Of a stretch of 64,000 nt of DNA, positions 26,274 to 42,309 are shown one piece after another. The notes under the pieces were generated by a model. The model searched no databases and had not been told where the DNA came from. It saw nothing but the letters and a program-made list of their open reading frames with translations. Both the position numbers and the translations under genes were made by a program. Each line of letters begins with the position of its first letter. The first letter of the stretch is position 1. Location of the stretch: contig OZ024765.1 of NCBI GenBank assembly GCA_964016885.1, positions 15,128,001-15,192,000 of the forward strand. The letters are read 5' to 3'. Origin of the DNA: Eledone cirrhosa (taxonomy: Eukaryota).

Positions 26274-27510
26274 GTTTGGCAGTATAGGTAGGGCGTCAGA
26301 CACCATGCTTTGCAGCATAGAGTTACAACCCTTTGTGGTCTGAGTTCAAATCCCGGCGAAGTTAACTTCGCTTTTGATCGTTTGGCAGTATTGGTAGGGC
26401 GTCAGACACCATGCTTTGCAGCATAGAGTTACAACCCTTTGTGGTCTGAGTTCAAATACCGCCGAAGTTAACTTCGCTTTTGATCGTTTGGCAGTATTGG
26501 TAGGGCGTCAGACACCATGCTTTGCAGCATAGAGTTACAACCCTTTGTGGTCTGAGTTCAAATCCCGCCGAAGTTAACTTCGCTTTTGATCGTTTGGCAG
26601 TATTGGTAGGGCGTCAGACACCATGCTTTGCAGCATAGAGTTACAACCCTTTGTGGTCTGAGTTCAAATCCCGCCGAAGTTAACTTCGCCTTTCATCGTT
26701 TGGCAGTATTGGTAGGGCGTCAGACACCATGCTTTGCAGCATAGAGTTACAACCCTTTGTGGTCTGAGTTCAAATCCCGCCGAAGTAAACTTCGCCTTTC
26801 ATCGTTTGGCAGTATTGGTAGGGCGTCAGACACCATGCTTTGCAGCATAGAGTTACAACCCTTTGTGGTCTGAGTTCAAATCCCGCCGAAGTTAACTTCG
26901 CCTTTCATCGTTTGGCAGTATTGGTAGGGCGTCAGACACCATGCTTTGCAGTATAGAGTTACAACCCTTTGTGGTCTGAGTTCAAATCCCGCCGAAGTTA
27001 ACTTCGCTTTTGATCGTTTGGCAGTATTGGTAGGTCGTCAGACACAATGCTTTGCAGCATAGAGTTACAACCCTTTGTGGTCTGAGTTCAAATCCCGGCG
27101 AAGTTAACTTCGCCTTTCATCGTTTGGCAGTATTGGTAGGTCGTCAGACACAATGCTTTGCAGCATAGAGTTACAACCCTTTGTGGTCTGAGTTCAAATC
27201 CCGGCGAAGTTAACTTCGCCTTTCATCGTTTGGCAGTATTGGTAGGTCGTCAGACACCATGCTTTGCAGCATAAAGTTACAACCCTTTGTGGTCTGAGTT
27301 CAAATCCCGGCGAAGTTAACTTCGCTTTTGATCGTTTGGCAATATTGGTAGGGCGTCAGACACCATGCTTTGCAGCATAGAGTTACAACCCTTTGTGGTC
27401 TGAGTTCAAATCCCGCCGAAGTTAACTTCGCCTTTCATCGTTAAGGGGTCAATAAAATAAAGTACCAGTAACGCACGGGGTATTTGTTGGCCGTGTGCCC
27501 AAAGTAGGAA
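26274..27510 (+). repeat. 106-bp satellite (~11 copies) of the SINE A tRNA-like head, ending in a normal SINE 3' end
   Basis: Unit ggcagtattggtagggcgtcagacacc...gagttcaaatcccgccgaagttaacttcgcc at 26384, 26490 etc. Confidence 0.9.
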
Positions 27511-27545
<35 letters not shown>

Positions 27546-27574
27546 GAAGTAGTAACACAACATTTAGTTCACCA

Positions 27575-27617
27575 TACCGAAACAATTGTTTCACCTTTTG
27601 CAGATCTTCAGCTGGGA
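27575..27617 (-). ncRNA. Hammerhead motif, weak stem I
   Basis: ccag CUGAAGA UCUG caaa AGGU GAAAC AAUU GUU ucgg; palindromic AACAAUUGUU. Confidence 0.55.
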
Positions 27618-27760
27618 TAGGTCATGGTTATACGGAACAGGAAGAGCAAGTACAACGCGGTGTGGTGAACTGTTGTGTTACCACTTCTACCAAACTCGTC
27701 CCATGGAGTGACTGCTCTACCAATACGGCTATTACCTTACAGTTTTCTCACTCTCTCACT

Positions 27761-27797
<37 letters not shown>

Positions 27798-28088
27798 AAA
27801 GTATGTCTATAGAATCATTTGATAAAATATATACATTATTTCCTCTGCCAATCAGCATAATCAAGCATACAAAAAAACAATTAATCAAGGCTATAAGACT
27901 AAAAGACACCTATGAAGAAATAATAGATAAATAAACGACAGCTATCTATTTGCGATCAACAGCGAAATAATATTTACCCAGCATTTCTAATAGCACGTGG
28001 AAATCGATTAAATATATCGTCAACCATACACAATTAGGTATAAAATCAAAGTTAGAAGAACAAATGTATATAAATATACCAACATTAC

Positions 28089-28170
28089 GTTACTACCCCA
28101 TGGGGTTTCATTCGCTTTTGGAAATATCCGATCAAAGATAAATTCACGAACTTCGAAATCACCAGGAAAC
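28089..28170 (-). ncRNA. Hammerhead motif (A6G), extended stem II
   Basis: guuuc CUGGUGA UUUCG...CGAAU GAAAC CCCAUGGG GUA guaac; palindromic ACCCCAUGGGGU. Confidence 0.6.
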
Positions 28171-28512
28171 AAACTCACTTGGACGAAGGTTTTTCTTAAA
28201 TGATCCCCGCCAGAAACGAATTCAAAATGACTAAGAACTGTGACGTGGCAGTGGTCAAGTCAGAAAGAATGTGATTGGTGCCTTACGGCGAGTGGGCTGG
28301 TTGCTAGAAAGCGCAGCCTAATATTGCCTAAATTGCATTTCAACCATATGGGAGATTATCAAATATAAAGATTTACATATACATAAACTAGACAAAGTCA
28401 TAGATATATATATATGTGTTTTTGGCTACCATCCACGATGTGGCTCAATGACGAATTAATTAATTAAATAATCAACAATCAGAGCAATATACAATAAAGT
28501 ATGTCCATATAT

Positions 28513-28564
<52 letters not shown>

Positions 28565-28715
28565 TTTGCTAAAATCTTGGTTGCCCATCCCCCGGGGATT
28601 TGACCAAACACAAATTAGTATGATAAAATCGAGAACAAAGTCTGTGGTGGCCCAAAATAACAAATCGTGTTTCTAACCATTCAGCGACATTTGGACGTGA
28701 GTTTACATGTGAGAT

Positions 28716-28808
28716 CACATATCTGAGGATCTTCCGATTCCAGAGTCAGGAACGAACATAATCGATCATTCCATCGAGCCGATCCGCAATGAAACATATG
28801 TAATGTGA
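28716..28808 (+). ncRNA. Hammerhead motif with extended stem II
   Basis: cauau CUGAGGA ...~60 nt incl. ucgau/aucga hairpin... GAAAC AUAU GUA augug; ATTAAA follows; base of stem II imperfect. Confidence 0.6.
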
Positions 28809-28867
28809 TTAAATATGTATATGATACGACACCGATTCTTTGTTCCCTAATTATTATATATATATAT

Positions 28868-29470
28868 AATTGTTTCTACTTTTGGAACAAGGCCAGCAAT
28901 TATTCCAGTGCGTTACTGGTACTTTATTTTATCGACCTCGTAAGGATGAAAGGCAAAGTTAACCTCGGCTGGATTTGAACTCAGATCATAAAGGGACGTA
29001 ACTCTATGCTTCAAAGCATGGTGTCCGACTCTCTACCGATACTGCCAATCCTATATATATATATAATGGCTTCTTATATAGGCACAAGGCCAGCAACTTT
29101 GGGGGGAAGGGAAAGTCGATTAAATCGACCCCAGTGCGTGACTGGTACTTTATTTTATCGACCTCGTAAGGATGAAAGGTAAAGTTAACCTCGGCGGGAT
29201 TTGAACTAAGATCATATTGGGCCGTAACTCTATGCTACAAAGCATGGCGCCCGACCCTCTACCGATACTGCCAATCCTATATATATATAATTGTTTCTAC
29301 GTTAGGCACAAGGCCAGCAAATATCCAGTGCATTACTGGTACTTTATTTTATCGACCCCATAAGGATGAAAAGCAAAGTTAACCTTGGCGGGATTTGAAC
29401 TCAGAACGGCAAGGGCCGTAACTCTATACGTCAAAGTGGGCGCCCGACCCTCTACCGATACTGCCAATCC
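28868..29470 (-). mobile_element. Three tandem SINE A copies separated by short (TA)n
   Basis: Family consensus three times. Confidence 0.85.
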
Positions 29471-29699
29471 TATATATATAATAATATACAAGAAGGTTGT
29501 ACAGCATAATCGAAGCTCTGGTTGCGGGCAAGCTAACGAATGCAGTCGGGAAGTGCAGCCAAAAGCACCCAATAAGGAATTTTACCTGAGAGTTATAACA
29601 TTACGTTTAGACAGCTATTGAAATTGAAGACAGCGACCAAAATGCGAGTCGCTAGGACCGGAAGAATTAAAAAAAACGACTCAGGGAAATCTTTGGTAA

Positions 29700-30618
29700 G
29701 TGTGAGTGTGTATAAGAGACTGTGTGTGAGAGAGAGAAAGAGAGTGAGAGAGAGAGTGTGTGTGAGAAAGAGTGTGTCTATGAGAAAGAGTGTGTGAGAG
29801 AGTGAGATAGGGAGAGAGAGAGTGAGAGAGAGAGAGAGTGAGAGGGAGAGAGAGAGATAGAGAAAGAGAGAGAGATAGAGTGAGAGAGAGGGGGTGAGAG
29901 AGTGAGGGGGGGGTGAGAGAGGGGAAGAGAGGGAGAGAGAAGGGGAGAGAGGGAGAGTGAGAGAGGGAGAGTGAGAGAGTGAGAGAGGGAGAGTGAGAGA
30001 GAGAGAGAATGAGAGAAAGAGAGTAAGAGTGAGAGAAAGAGACTAAGAGAGAGAGGGAGGTATAGGGGGAGGGGGAGAGAGAGCAGAAGAGAGAGGGGAA
30101 GAGAGAGCGGGAGAGAGAGAGCGGAAGAGTGTGTGGGAGAGAGACTGTGTGTGAGAGAGTGTTTCTATGAGACTGTGTGTGAGAGAGTGAGAGAAAGAGA
30201 GAGTGAGAGAGAGGGTGAGATAGAGAGCGTGAGAGTGTGTGTGTGTGAGTGTGTCTATGAGACTGTGTGTGTGCGAGTTTGTGTTGTATATTGTATGTGT
30301 GTGTATATACGTACGTATTAAAAATCCTTAAACTTCACAGCTCTACCGGCTCTCTCACGAACATTACGTCTGGCGTTTATGTATTGTTCAGAGAAACCTT
30401 CCCATACCATTCCACACCGTTCTTTTCACATTATTAGACATGTCTAACTACAAAAAGAACTACGTGCCTTTACGTTCAACCAGTTTGATTAGCAGATCGA
30501 TAATTTCAAAATGACTGCTCTGCTTCTCTGAAAACTATCAGGTCCGATATGGCCAATTTATATTTTATCAATGATTATTAAAATTTTATAATAAATATTA
30601 TCAAAATAAATTTGAATA

Positions 30619-30690
<72 letters not shown>

Positions 30691-30693
30691 CAG

Positions 30694-30732
<39 letters not shown>

Positions 30733-30737
30733 TATTT

Positions 30738-30776
<39 letters not shown>

Positions 30777-30939
30777 TATATATACACACATATATATATA
30801 TACACACACATATATATATATACACATATATATATATATATACACATATATATATATATATACACATATATATATATATATACACATATATACATACATA
30901 TATATATACACACACATATCTATACACACACATATATAT

Positions 30940-30984
<45 letters not shown>

Positions 30985-31134
30985 TATATATATACACACA
31001 CATATATATATATATATACACACATATATATATATATATACACACATATATATATATATATATATATACATATATATATGTACACATATATATATATACA
31101 CATATATATATATATATACACATATATATATATC

Positions 31135-31165
<31 letters not shown>

Positions 31166-31455
31166 ATATATATATATATACACATATATAAATATATATA
31201 CATATATATATACATATATAAATATATATACATATATATATACATATATATATACATATATATATATATACATATATATATACATATATATATATATACA
31301 CATATATATATATACACACATATATATATACCCACATATATATACATATATATATACGCATATATATATATATATGTATGTATGTGTATATATATATATA
31401 TATATACATACATACACATACACATATCTATCTATCCCTCTCTCTATCTCTAAAC

Positions 31456-31487
<32 letters not shown>

Positions 31488-31703
31488 ATGTTTTTCAACT
31501 TGTTTTGCAAATGTTTTCGTTTATTGTAGTTCAGTTGTGTGCTGTAGGACTGCCATTTCTATTCAACAGTCAACTAACAGACGAACAAGGGATTAAACTA
31601 GACGGTAAACAAACGATAATTTACAAAGAGATGTCTCCAGTGAAAAGAAACACAATTTGAATGTAAAAATAGGAATGAAATGAACAGAACGAAACGAAAA
31701 ACG

Positions 31704-31742
<39 letters not shown>

Positions 31743-31763
31743 ATATATATATATATATATATG

Positions 31764-31806
<43 letters not shown>

Positions 31807-32026
31807 ATATATATATATATGTATATAATATATATATATATATAGTATATATATATTTATAATATATATATATATATAATATATATAAATAAGTATATAT
31901 ATATATATATAAATATATATATAAATATATATATAGTATATATATATTTATAATATATATATATATATATGTATATAACATATATATATATATATATATA
32001 GTATATATATATTTATATATATATAT

Positions 32027-32058
<32 letters not shown>

Positions 32059-32231
32059 GTATATATATATTTATATATATATATATATATATTTATATAT
32101 AATATATATATATATATAATATATATAAATAAGTATATATATATATATATAAATATATATATATAAATATATATATATATAATATATATAATATATTATA
32201 TATATAAATATATATATATATAATATATATA

Positions 32232-32263
<32 letters not shown>

Positions 32264-32311
32264 ATATAATATATATATATAATATATATATATATAATAT
32301 ATATATATAAT

Positions 32312-32345
<34 letters not shown>

Positions 32346-32488
32346 ATATAATATAATATATATAATATATATATATATATATATGTATATAATATAATAT
32401 ATATATATATATATAATATAATATATATATATAATATAATATATAATATAATATATAATATATATTTATAATATAATATATATATATA

Positions 32489-32554
<66 letters not shown>

Positions 32555-32590
32555 ATATAAATATATATTTTATATAATATATATATATAC
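29700..32590. repeat. (GA)n/(GT)n and long (TA)n-derived tracts with short unique islands
   Basis: Direct inspection. Confidence 0.85.
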
Positions 32591-32822
32591 AATTGAGTTT
32601 TTCACACGCAAGGTTAAAATTATTGAAAAAATTAATTGTCCCGCGTGCATATTATTTTATTATGTTTCGCGATGACCTCCCCTTTACGCTTGATGACTGT
32701 GAAATTTTTCATTCTGAGACTGCTGGAATTTCAACTTTGGCGGTCATTCTGATACGGACAGGGAACATCGTTGGGCATTGAATATCGGTAAGAAAGTTTT
32801 TTATATCGATGTTTGACGGGCA

Positions 32823-32944
32823 TCCACTGATGATTTATAAGTGCCCACCTGCATATATTCCTACGGATTATTTGCAGGCTTCTACATAACCTGGAGATAT
32901 CTATCCCAACTTGTAGAAAACTTATAATGAAACATTTGTTTGGA
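32823..32944 (+). ncRNA. Hammerhead ribozyme, canonical core, large branched stem II
   Basis: ucca CUGAUGA U UUAUAAGU [CUGCA..UGCAG][UUCUACA..UGUAGAA] ACUUAUAA U GAAAC AUUU GUU ugga. Confidence 0.8.
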
Positions 32945-33128
32945 AAGGGAGATGTATTTTAATTATGTCTCATATAAAATAATACAACTGGCTATCCGCA
33001 AAATACATATAGTTAGCACCCCAAACGTAAAATTGGGATTATACTAAGGTATATTTTAATGTTTGTTGAGTGAGATGGAATCCAGTCAGAGTATAGCTTG
33101 AAGCTTTAAGCTTTCTCTGTTAATGTAT

Positions 33129-33254
<126 letters not shown>

Positions 33255-33412
33255 TAAATATATATATAATATATATAAATATATATATATATAGCGGCGA
33301 TGAATTAGTTTTGCGAGGTTTTTTATATGAAATCGTGTGTCGAAACAGATATTGTTATATTTGGGGAGGGTCATATTTGCGTAATATTGCCAGAATTAAT
33401 AACAAAACCCAC

Positions 33413-33817
33413 TGTACCAATAGGAAGTATATCATATGTAAGGTGAACCCCCGGATAAACTGTAAAACTAGAAACGTAGTCTATAGCATAAGATGTACAG
33501 AGGGTACTTGCAGAAACATGACAACAACATACATAGGTGAGACAGCTCGTAGCATAGGTGAAAGGATAGACCAACACTGGGGGGAACTAAAAGGACGAAA
33601 AAACGGGTCAGTACTATACGAACATGCTAGACAACAACATGACGGTAACATAGACAACATAGAAATTAGAATAATATCTAAACATAGGAATGACCCAGCA
33701 GATAGGCAAATCAGAGAGGCCAGTGAAATAGAAATTAGAAGACCAAAGCTAAACAGAAAGAATGAGTGGAACAACAACAACACCCAAACAAACAACACTG
33801 ACCTAAGAGAAGTATAA
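33413..33817 (+). pseudogene. PLE GIY-YIG endonuclease domain (C-terminal fragment, open frame)
   Basis: [13 protein letters not shown]...[16 protein letters not shown]...LYEH...H...RQIREASEI...PKLNR: VVY-YIG, Arg, His, Glu and LN motifs; N-terminal part of the listed ORF comes from the IR. Confidence 0.9.
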
Positions 33818-34095
33818 ATAAGTAAATAAAATAAAATAAAATAAGATAAATAAATACATACACAAGCACAATAACAACAAGCACATCAACACACACTAGT
33901 CACCCAGCAGACACAACACTATACACACTAGTCACACATCACACATAACCACTATACACACACGCAAACACATGAGCAAAGAAGACAAAATAAAATAAGA
34001 TAAACAAACAAGCAAATAAATAAATAAATATATAGACAGACTGAATAAAAAATGGCGTAGACATACAACACAACAGGAAGAACAATGAATATAAC

Positions 34096-34137
34096 ACCAC
34101 TGACGATGTTGCAGATGTGCAACGAAAGATTTATGTA
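34096..34137 (+). ncRNA. Hammerhead motif in PLE 3' UTR
   Basis: acca CUGACGA U GUUGCA gaug UGCAAC GAAAG AU UUA ugua; stem I weak. Confidence 0.65.
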
Positions 34138-34341
34138 AATTATGTAAACTATATATATGTGTTTGTGTCTATATTGTATCTGTATTATTTTTGACCGTCG
34201 GTCAGTCAATGGCAACATTGAGGACCGAGTAAGTTAGACCGCAGATATAAAGACAGCGAGAAGCGAAAACAACAAACAGTGAGTGTGTTCTGTTATTAAT
34301 TCTGGCAATATTACGCAAATATGACCCTCCCCAAATATAAC

Positions 34342-37226
<2,885 letters not shown>

Positions 37227-37805
37227 CTAGCAAACAGTACCCGGCGTGGCCTGGGTAGGTGAAATAATATCTGCTTTGATGAAAAGTTGTTGATCTTAGC
37301 GACTGCTTCTCGATGACTCATCTATGGCCACACACAGGCCATGCATGGAAGAGTGGTGATGACCTCTATCACTGAGAAACGCCAGTGACTGACGAAGGGC
37401 CATCCTGGGGGAGGGAGTTTCGAATTTGAAAGAAATCGGTTAAAAAATGTGGAGCTAGAGCTGAAAAGGCGGAAATTTGAGGGAAAAGCTGGTATTTTCG
37501 AATATTTAAGCGGCTGACACGCCGTTCCTGAACAAAAAATTCAAAATGTAAAGCCACTGTAAGACGTGAAATAAAGAGATCTAGCGTAGTGTAAAATTTG
37601 AACAAAGTAGGTTGATTAATGCGGAAGCTAGAGCCAAAAGATTGAAAATTTGAGTCTAAAAGTGTTTTTTTTTTCAATATTTAAGCTGATATATGGGAAA
37701 CACTCCCCGATGACTAATCTATGAGCCTGTAAAGTTTAATAAAAATCGGTCGTAAGATGTAGGCCCTTATAGGTATTACACAGACATACACACACTTAAT
37801 TTTAT
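37227..37805 (-). mobile_element. Non-autonomous Helitron-like element
   Basis: Minus-strand 3' end: hairpin accc(a)ggc cac gccgggt, then ctag|t; inserted in (TA)n; far boundary approximate. Confidence 0.65.
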
Positions 37806-37874
<69 letters not shown>

Positions 37875-37879
37875 TATAT

Positions 37880-37926
<47 letters not shown>

Positions 37927-38114
37927 TATATATATAAATATATATAAATATAAATATATATATAAATATAGATATATATATATATATATAAATATATATA
38001 AATATATATATATATATATAAATATAGATATAAATATATATATAAATATAGATATATATATATATAAATATATATACTAATAAATATATATATAAAGATA
38101 TATATATATATATA

Positions 38115-38150
<36 letters not shown>

Positions 38151-38194
38151 AATATATATAAACATATATATATATATATATAATATAGAAAAGC

Positions 38195-38245
38195 TTCTAC
38201 AGGACTAGAATTGTTTCATTCGTGAGAAATCATCAGCAAGCAGAA
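38195..38245 (-). ncRNA. Hammerhead motif
   Basis: uucugcuug CUGAUGA UUUC ucac GAAU GAAAC aauucua GUC cuguagaa. Confidence 0.65.
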
Positions 38246-38518
38246 TGTCCAAGTAATATGGTGGTAATTATATCTTTTCTGGTGGTAGGAGAGGGTGGTG
38301 ATTGGAATGGATGGTGGTCATTAGTGGATGGGTTTAAAGAAAAGGGAGATATTTACTTACTGTGGTTACCCCCTTATGAACACGGGATAAACTTTATGCG
38401 TGTGTGTGTGTGTGTGTGTCTGTGTCTGTGTGTAACACGTAAACAGAAATAACAACACAATCGGTACAGTATATGGAAGGAATATATTAGGTTAACGCTT
38501 GAAATAGCAGGAAGAGGG

Positions 38519-38554
38519 TCTTAACGTTTCGGATGCTCGTCCGTCATCAGAAGA
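38519..38554 (-). ncRNA. Minimal hammerhead, canonical core
   Basis: ucuu CUGAUGA C GGA cgagca UCC GAAAC GUU aaga. Confidence 0.8.
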
Positions 38555-39395
38555 AAGAATGAGAAATAAGATAGATTGAAGAGACGGGCGGGTTGGAATT
38601 GGAAAAAAATGTCTTTAGATAAAAATAACAGCTCTATTCATGTTGACTTCTCATATCTCTCTCTCTATATATATATATATAAATGTGTGAAGGAACAGGG
38701 ACTGCGTTGTTGCTGGATAAAGTATATTTATAAATAAGAGGAAAGCACGAACGGGGTGTAGTTTCCCTTCATCAGTTGTCTTCTGGAGATCATGGACATT
38801 TCTACAAATTAAAGACAAGATGTCTAGCTCCAGTGCGTCAATCACTAAAGGAATATATATATATATATACATATATTCTTTGCGTGTAATTGTTCTATGT
38901 GCTCCACACAACAACGTATTATCTTCGGGTTTTTTTCCGTTCATTGCCAGGGAACGTCTTCAGGAACTAAAGTATCGTCTTCCTGTTTTCCTTCGGTTGC
39001 AATGTCTTTCGAAATATTTACTTCTGCCTTCACAGATGGTTTTTTTTTAGTTTCAGAATATCCGGTTATGGGTGAAAGCAGCGATTCTTTGCTTAAACTT
39101 TAATCTGTTATTTTAATAAATATTTGCTCTAGGTTTGTTATATATTTGATATATATTTATCCTTATCGAGCCCTCTTTGGATTTTAGTCTTCACATTTAT
39201 TATTATTACTATATATATATATATTTATATATATATATTAATAAAAAGTATTCCAACTTTGTCTGATTTACTCGTTTTATTTACAATCTTTTAAAATTAT
39301 AATGATATTATAATGAAATAGTATGGTAGAATATTAAATATTAAATGTTAATTGGCAAAGTTGAAAATTCCCAACTTGTCTGTCACCACTGAATG

Positions 39396-39434
39396 TGAAC
39401 CTGAAGATTGCGAAAGCATGAAAGTACTTGTTCA
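39396..39434 (+). ncRNA. Minimal hammerhead within IR cassette 39238-39353/39433-39535
   Basis: ugaac CUGAAGA U UGC gaaa GCA U GAAA GUAC UU guuca; GNRA-capped stem II; palindromic AAGUACUU. Confidence 0.85.
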
Positions 39435-40166
39435 ATTAACATTTAACATTTAATATTCTACCATACGATTATAATTTTAAAGGATTGTAAATAAAACGAG
39501 TAAATCAGACAAAGTTGAAATTCCTTTAATTAATATTATCTTCTATACACAATCATACACACCCGTGTATATTTATTTATATATATATATAAATATATAT
39601 ATATACATATCATACCAATGTGGTGTTTAGCTCTGACCGACTTGTTTTCTATTCACACTAAAGTCATCTTGACTTTAATAGATCAATGATACAAACACGA
39701 TAACAATATAGTGGTGATCGATAAAATCATAAAAACATCGATTGGAAAAAAACAAAAAAAAAAAACAAACAGCATCTATATTTGAAAGTGATAGCCCAGG
39801 ATGGCCGAAGTTCAATGATTGCGGAATATAGGAATACCGTTGAAAGAATATAAGAATAAAGGAATGCTAAAATAACCTGTGGACAGATTCCTATCTTCTG
39901 TATTCTGCATCTAAATAGATAACGTCTGTTAACTATTGATCAAGCTTTCAAAAATTTCCTATCAATACGCTAATATATCGATCTGGAAATAGACAAACAG
40001 TTATCATTGCAGAGAGAAAATAAGTGAGGACGTCAATGTAGTAGATTGATTCCAACAACAGAAGTACACTAAGATAGGTGTGTATATATGTGTATAGGTG
40101 TGTATGTATGTGTATATGTGTGTGTATATGTATATAAGGGCATGTGTGTAAGGGTGTGTTTGTATG

Positions 40167-40217
<51 letters not shown>

Positions 40218-40792
40218 GCGTGTGTGTGTATGTATATATAAGAGTCTGTGTTTGGGTGCGTGTATATATATATATATATTTATATGTGTTTGTATGTGTA
40301 AATATATATATGTATGTGTATGTGCAGATGTATACCTACGTGTGTATATGTATGTATGTGTGTATGTATGTATATATGTATATGATGTATGTGTGTGTAT
40401 ATATATGTATATGCGCATGTATGTATATGTGTATATATATATATATATGCGTGTGTATTTGAATGTATGTATATGTGTATGTGTATATATATGTATATGC
40501 GCATGTATGTATATGTGTGTATATATATATATATCTGCGTGTGTATTTGAATGTATGTATATGTGTATGTGTATGTATCTATGTATATGTATGTATGTAT
40601 GTATATGTATGTGTGTGTGAATATGTATGTGTGTACGTATGTGGATTAGTTCGACTGTCCTAGACATTATACCTTTCACTCTAGGGGTTTTGTACCCCTC
40701 GTAATTCAAAACATACTCTTTTGTGTATTCTTCTCTATATATTAGATTATGAAGAGCCCGGTACTTATGTCTTGACCTCATTAAATTACAGG

Positions 40793-41206
40793 GGATTGGC
40801 AGTATCGGTAGAGGGACGGACGCCATGCTTTGACGCATAGTGACGTCCCTTTACGATCTGAGTTCAAATCCCGCCGAGGTTGACTTTGCCTTTCATCCTT
40901 ACGGGGTCGATAAAATAAAGTACCAGTAATGCACTGGGTAATTGCTGGCCTTGTGCCTAAAGTAGAAACAATTAAATTACAGGGGATTAACGCGAGTCTT
41001 TAACTCTTCCATTATATATATATATATATTAGCAGTATCGGTAGAGGGTCGGACGCCATGCTTTCCAGCATAGTTACGTCCCTTTATGATCTGAGTTCAA
41101 ATCCCGCCGAGGTTGACTTTGCCTTTCATCCTTACGGGGTCGATAAAATAAAGTACCAGTAATGCACTGGGTGATTGCTGGCCTTGTGCCTAAAGTAGAA
41201 ACAATT
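40793..41206 (+). mobile_element. Two SINE A copies; first flanked by ~17-bp direct repeat ttaaattacaggggatt
   Basis: Direct repeat at 40781-40797 and 40972-40988. Confidence 0.85.
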
Positions 41207-41232
41207 ATATATATATATATATATATATACGT

Positions 41233-41350
41233 ATGAGGGTGACATATGTTGATGCCCTAAGGACAGACATTGGTCTCTTGGAGGTGCAGTACATGGCAGC
41301 GATGATAAGGGAGAAAGACCGCTGGAGAGAACTCGTCCTTGGATCTCGAC
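41233..41350 (+). mobile_element. LINE (RTE-like) ORF C-terminal remnant
   Basis: TYVDALRTDIGL...AAMIREKDRWRELV resembles the D.L..D.G...A..R..WR tail of RTE-type ORFs. Confidence 0.5.
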
Positions 41351-41409
41351 AATTTCACCCACCCAATATATATATATATATATATATTTGTGTCTCAATC
41401 TTTATTATA

Positions 41410-41456
41410 TACTCCGATGAAATCGACCTTGTGCTACGATGAAACGATCGTAAGTG
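41410..41456 (+). ncRNA. Hammerhead motif (U4C)
   Basis: uacu CCGAUGA A AUCG..CGAU GAAAC GAUC GUA agug, then ATTAAA. Confidence 0.65.
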
Positions 41457-42309
41457 ATTAAATGTTCTAAACACTCTTTGATTGTTCTTTATAAAGTATA
41501 AAAAAAAAAAATATATATATATATATATACATAGATATACATTTCTCTCTCTCTCTCTTTCTCTAAATATTTATATATACATATAAAAAAAGAGATAGAT
41601 AGAGAATTAATTAATGGCGAATCCAAAGAATTTTTTCAAACTATTATTACTTAATTTTTTTAGCTGTGCATGTGTCCTTGGCGGACATTTGTATTTACGA
41701 AGCAACAGAACTGAAAACTCAAGACTCCTAGTTTGTATACGAGAGACGTTATAATACATAAACATTAAATACCTTAATTGCAACAATTTAAACGGTACTG
41801 GCAAAAATTCTAATAAAAATACCAAAACACACATCGATCCCTTTTTCCTGAAAGAAGAATACGCTCCCAGTTTCACACTTTTCATGCCGAATGGTCTGTA
41901 ACGAGCCCTGCTTCGATAATATAAAGCTGTTTGTTTTAAATCATTCATGCTTAAATTTAAACTCCCCATCGTAATTTTATGGACGAACATTTAATAAATT
42001 ATGTTTCCAACATTTGCTTATTAACGAGAATGTTATATTTTCCGTTTGAGAAAGAAAAATTTAGTGATTATTTTGAAAATTAATTGAAAAATATTGACAA
42101 AGTCATCCATTTAAAATATAACAGAAGGGTTAACGAGAAAAAGATATGTGCGAAGACCATATTAATAATTATTTCGTTAGTGTAGTTAGCCATTGAGAAG
42201 GGTTTCCCATATATGGCCGACTATGAATATCAGATGGATGTGGTGTGGGTATGTGATCAAGGAAGATAACTCTTCCTGTAGGTCTGAATCTTAGAGCGCC
42301 ATCTACTGA

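Larger units (their letters stand above)
33354..34341 (+). mobile_element. 5'-truncated Penelope-like retroelement: GIY-YIG fragment, 3' UTR with hammerhead, and inverted copy of the terminus at the 5' end
   Basis: IR 33354-33414 vs 34277-34341; terminus atgaccctccccaaatataac also at 60172 and, inverted, 53404; (TA)n on both sides. Confidence 0.85.

Noticed and set aside
41607-41990. 127-aa minus-strand ORF in unique sequence
   Set aside because: No motif recognised and no splice or context support
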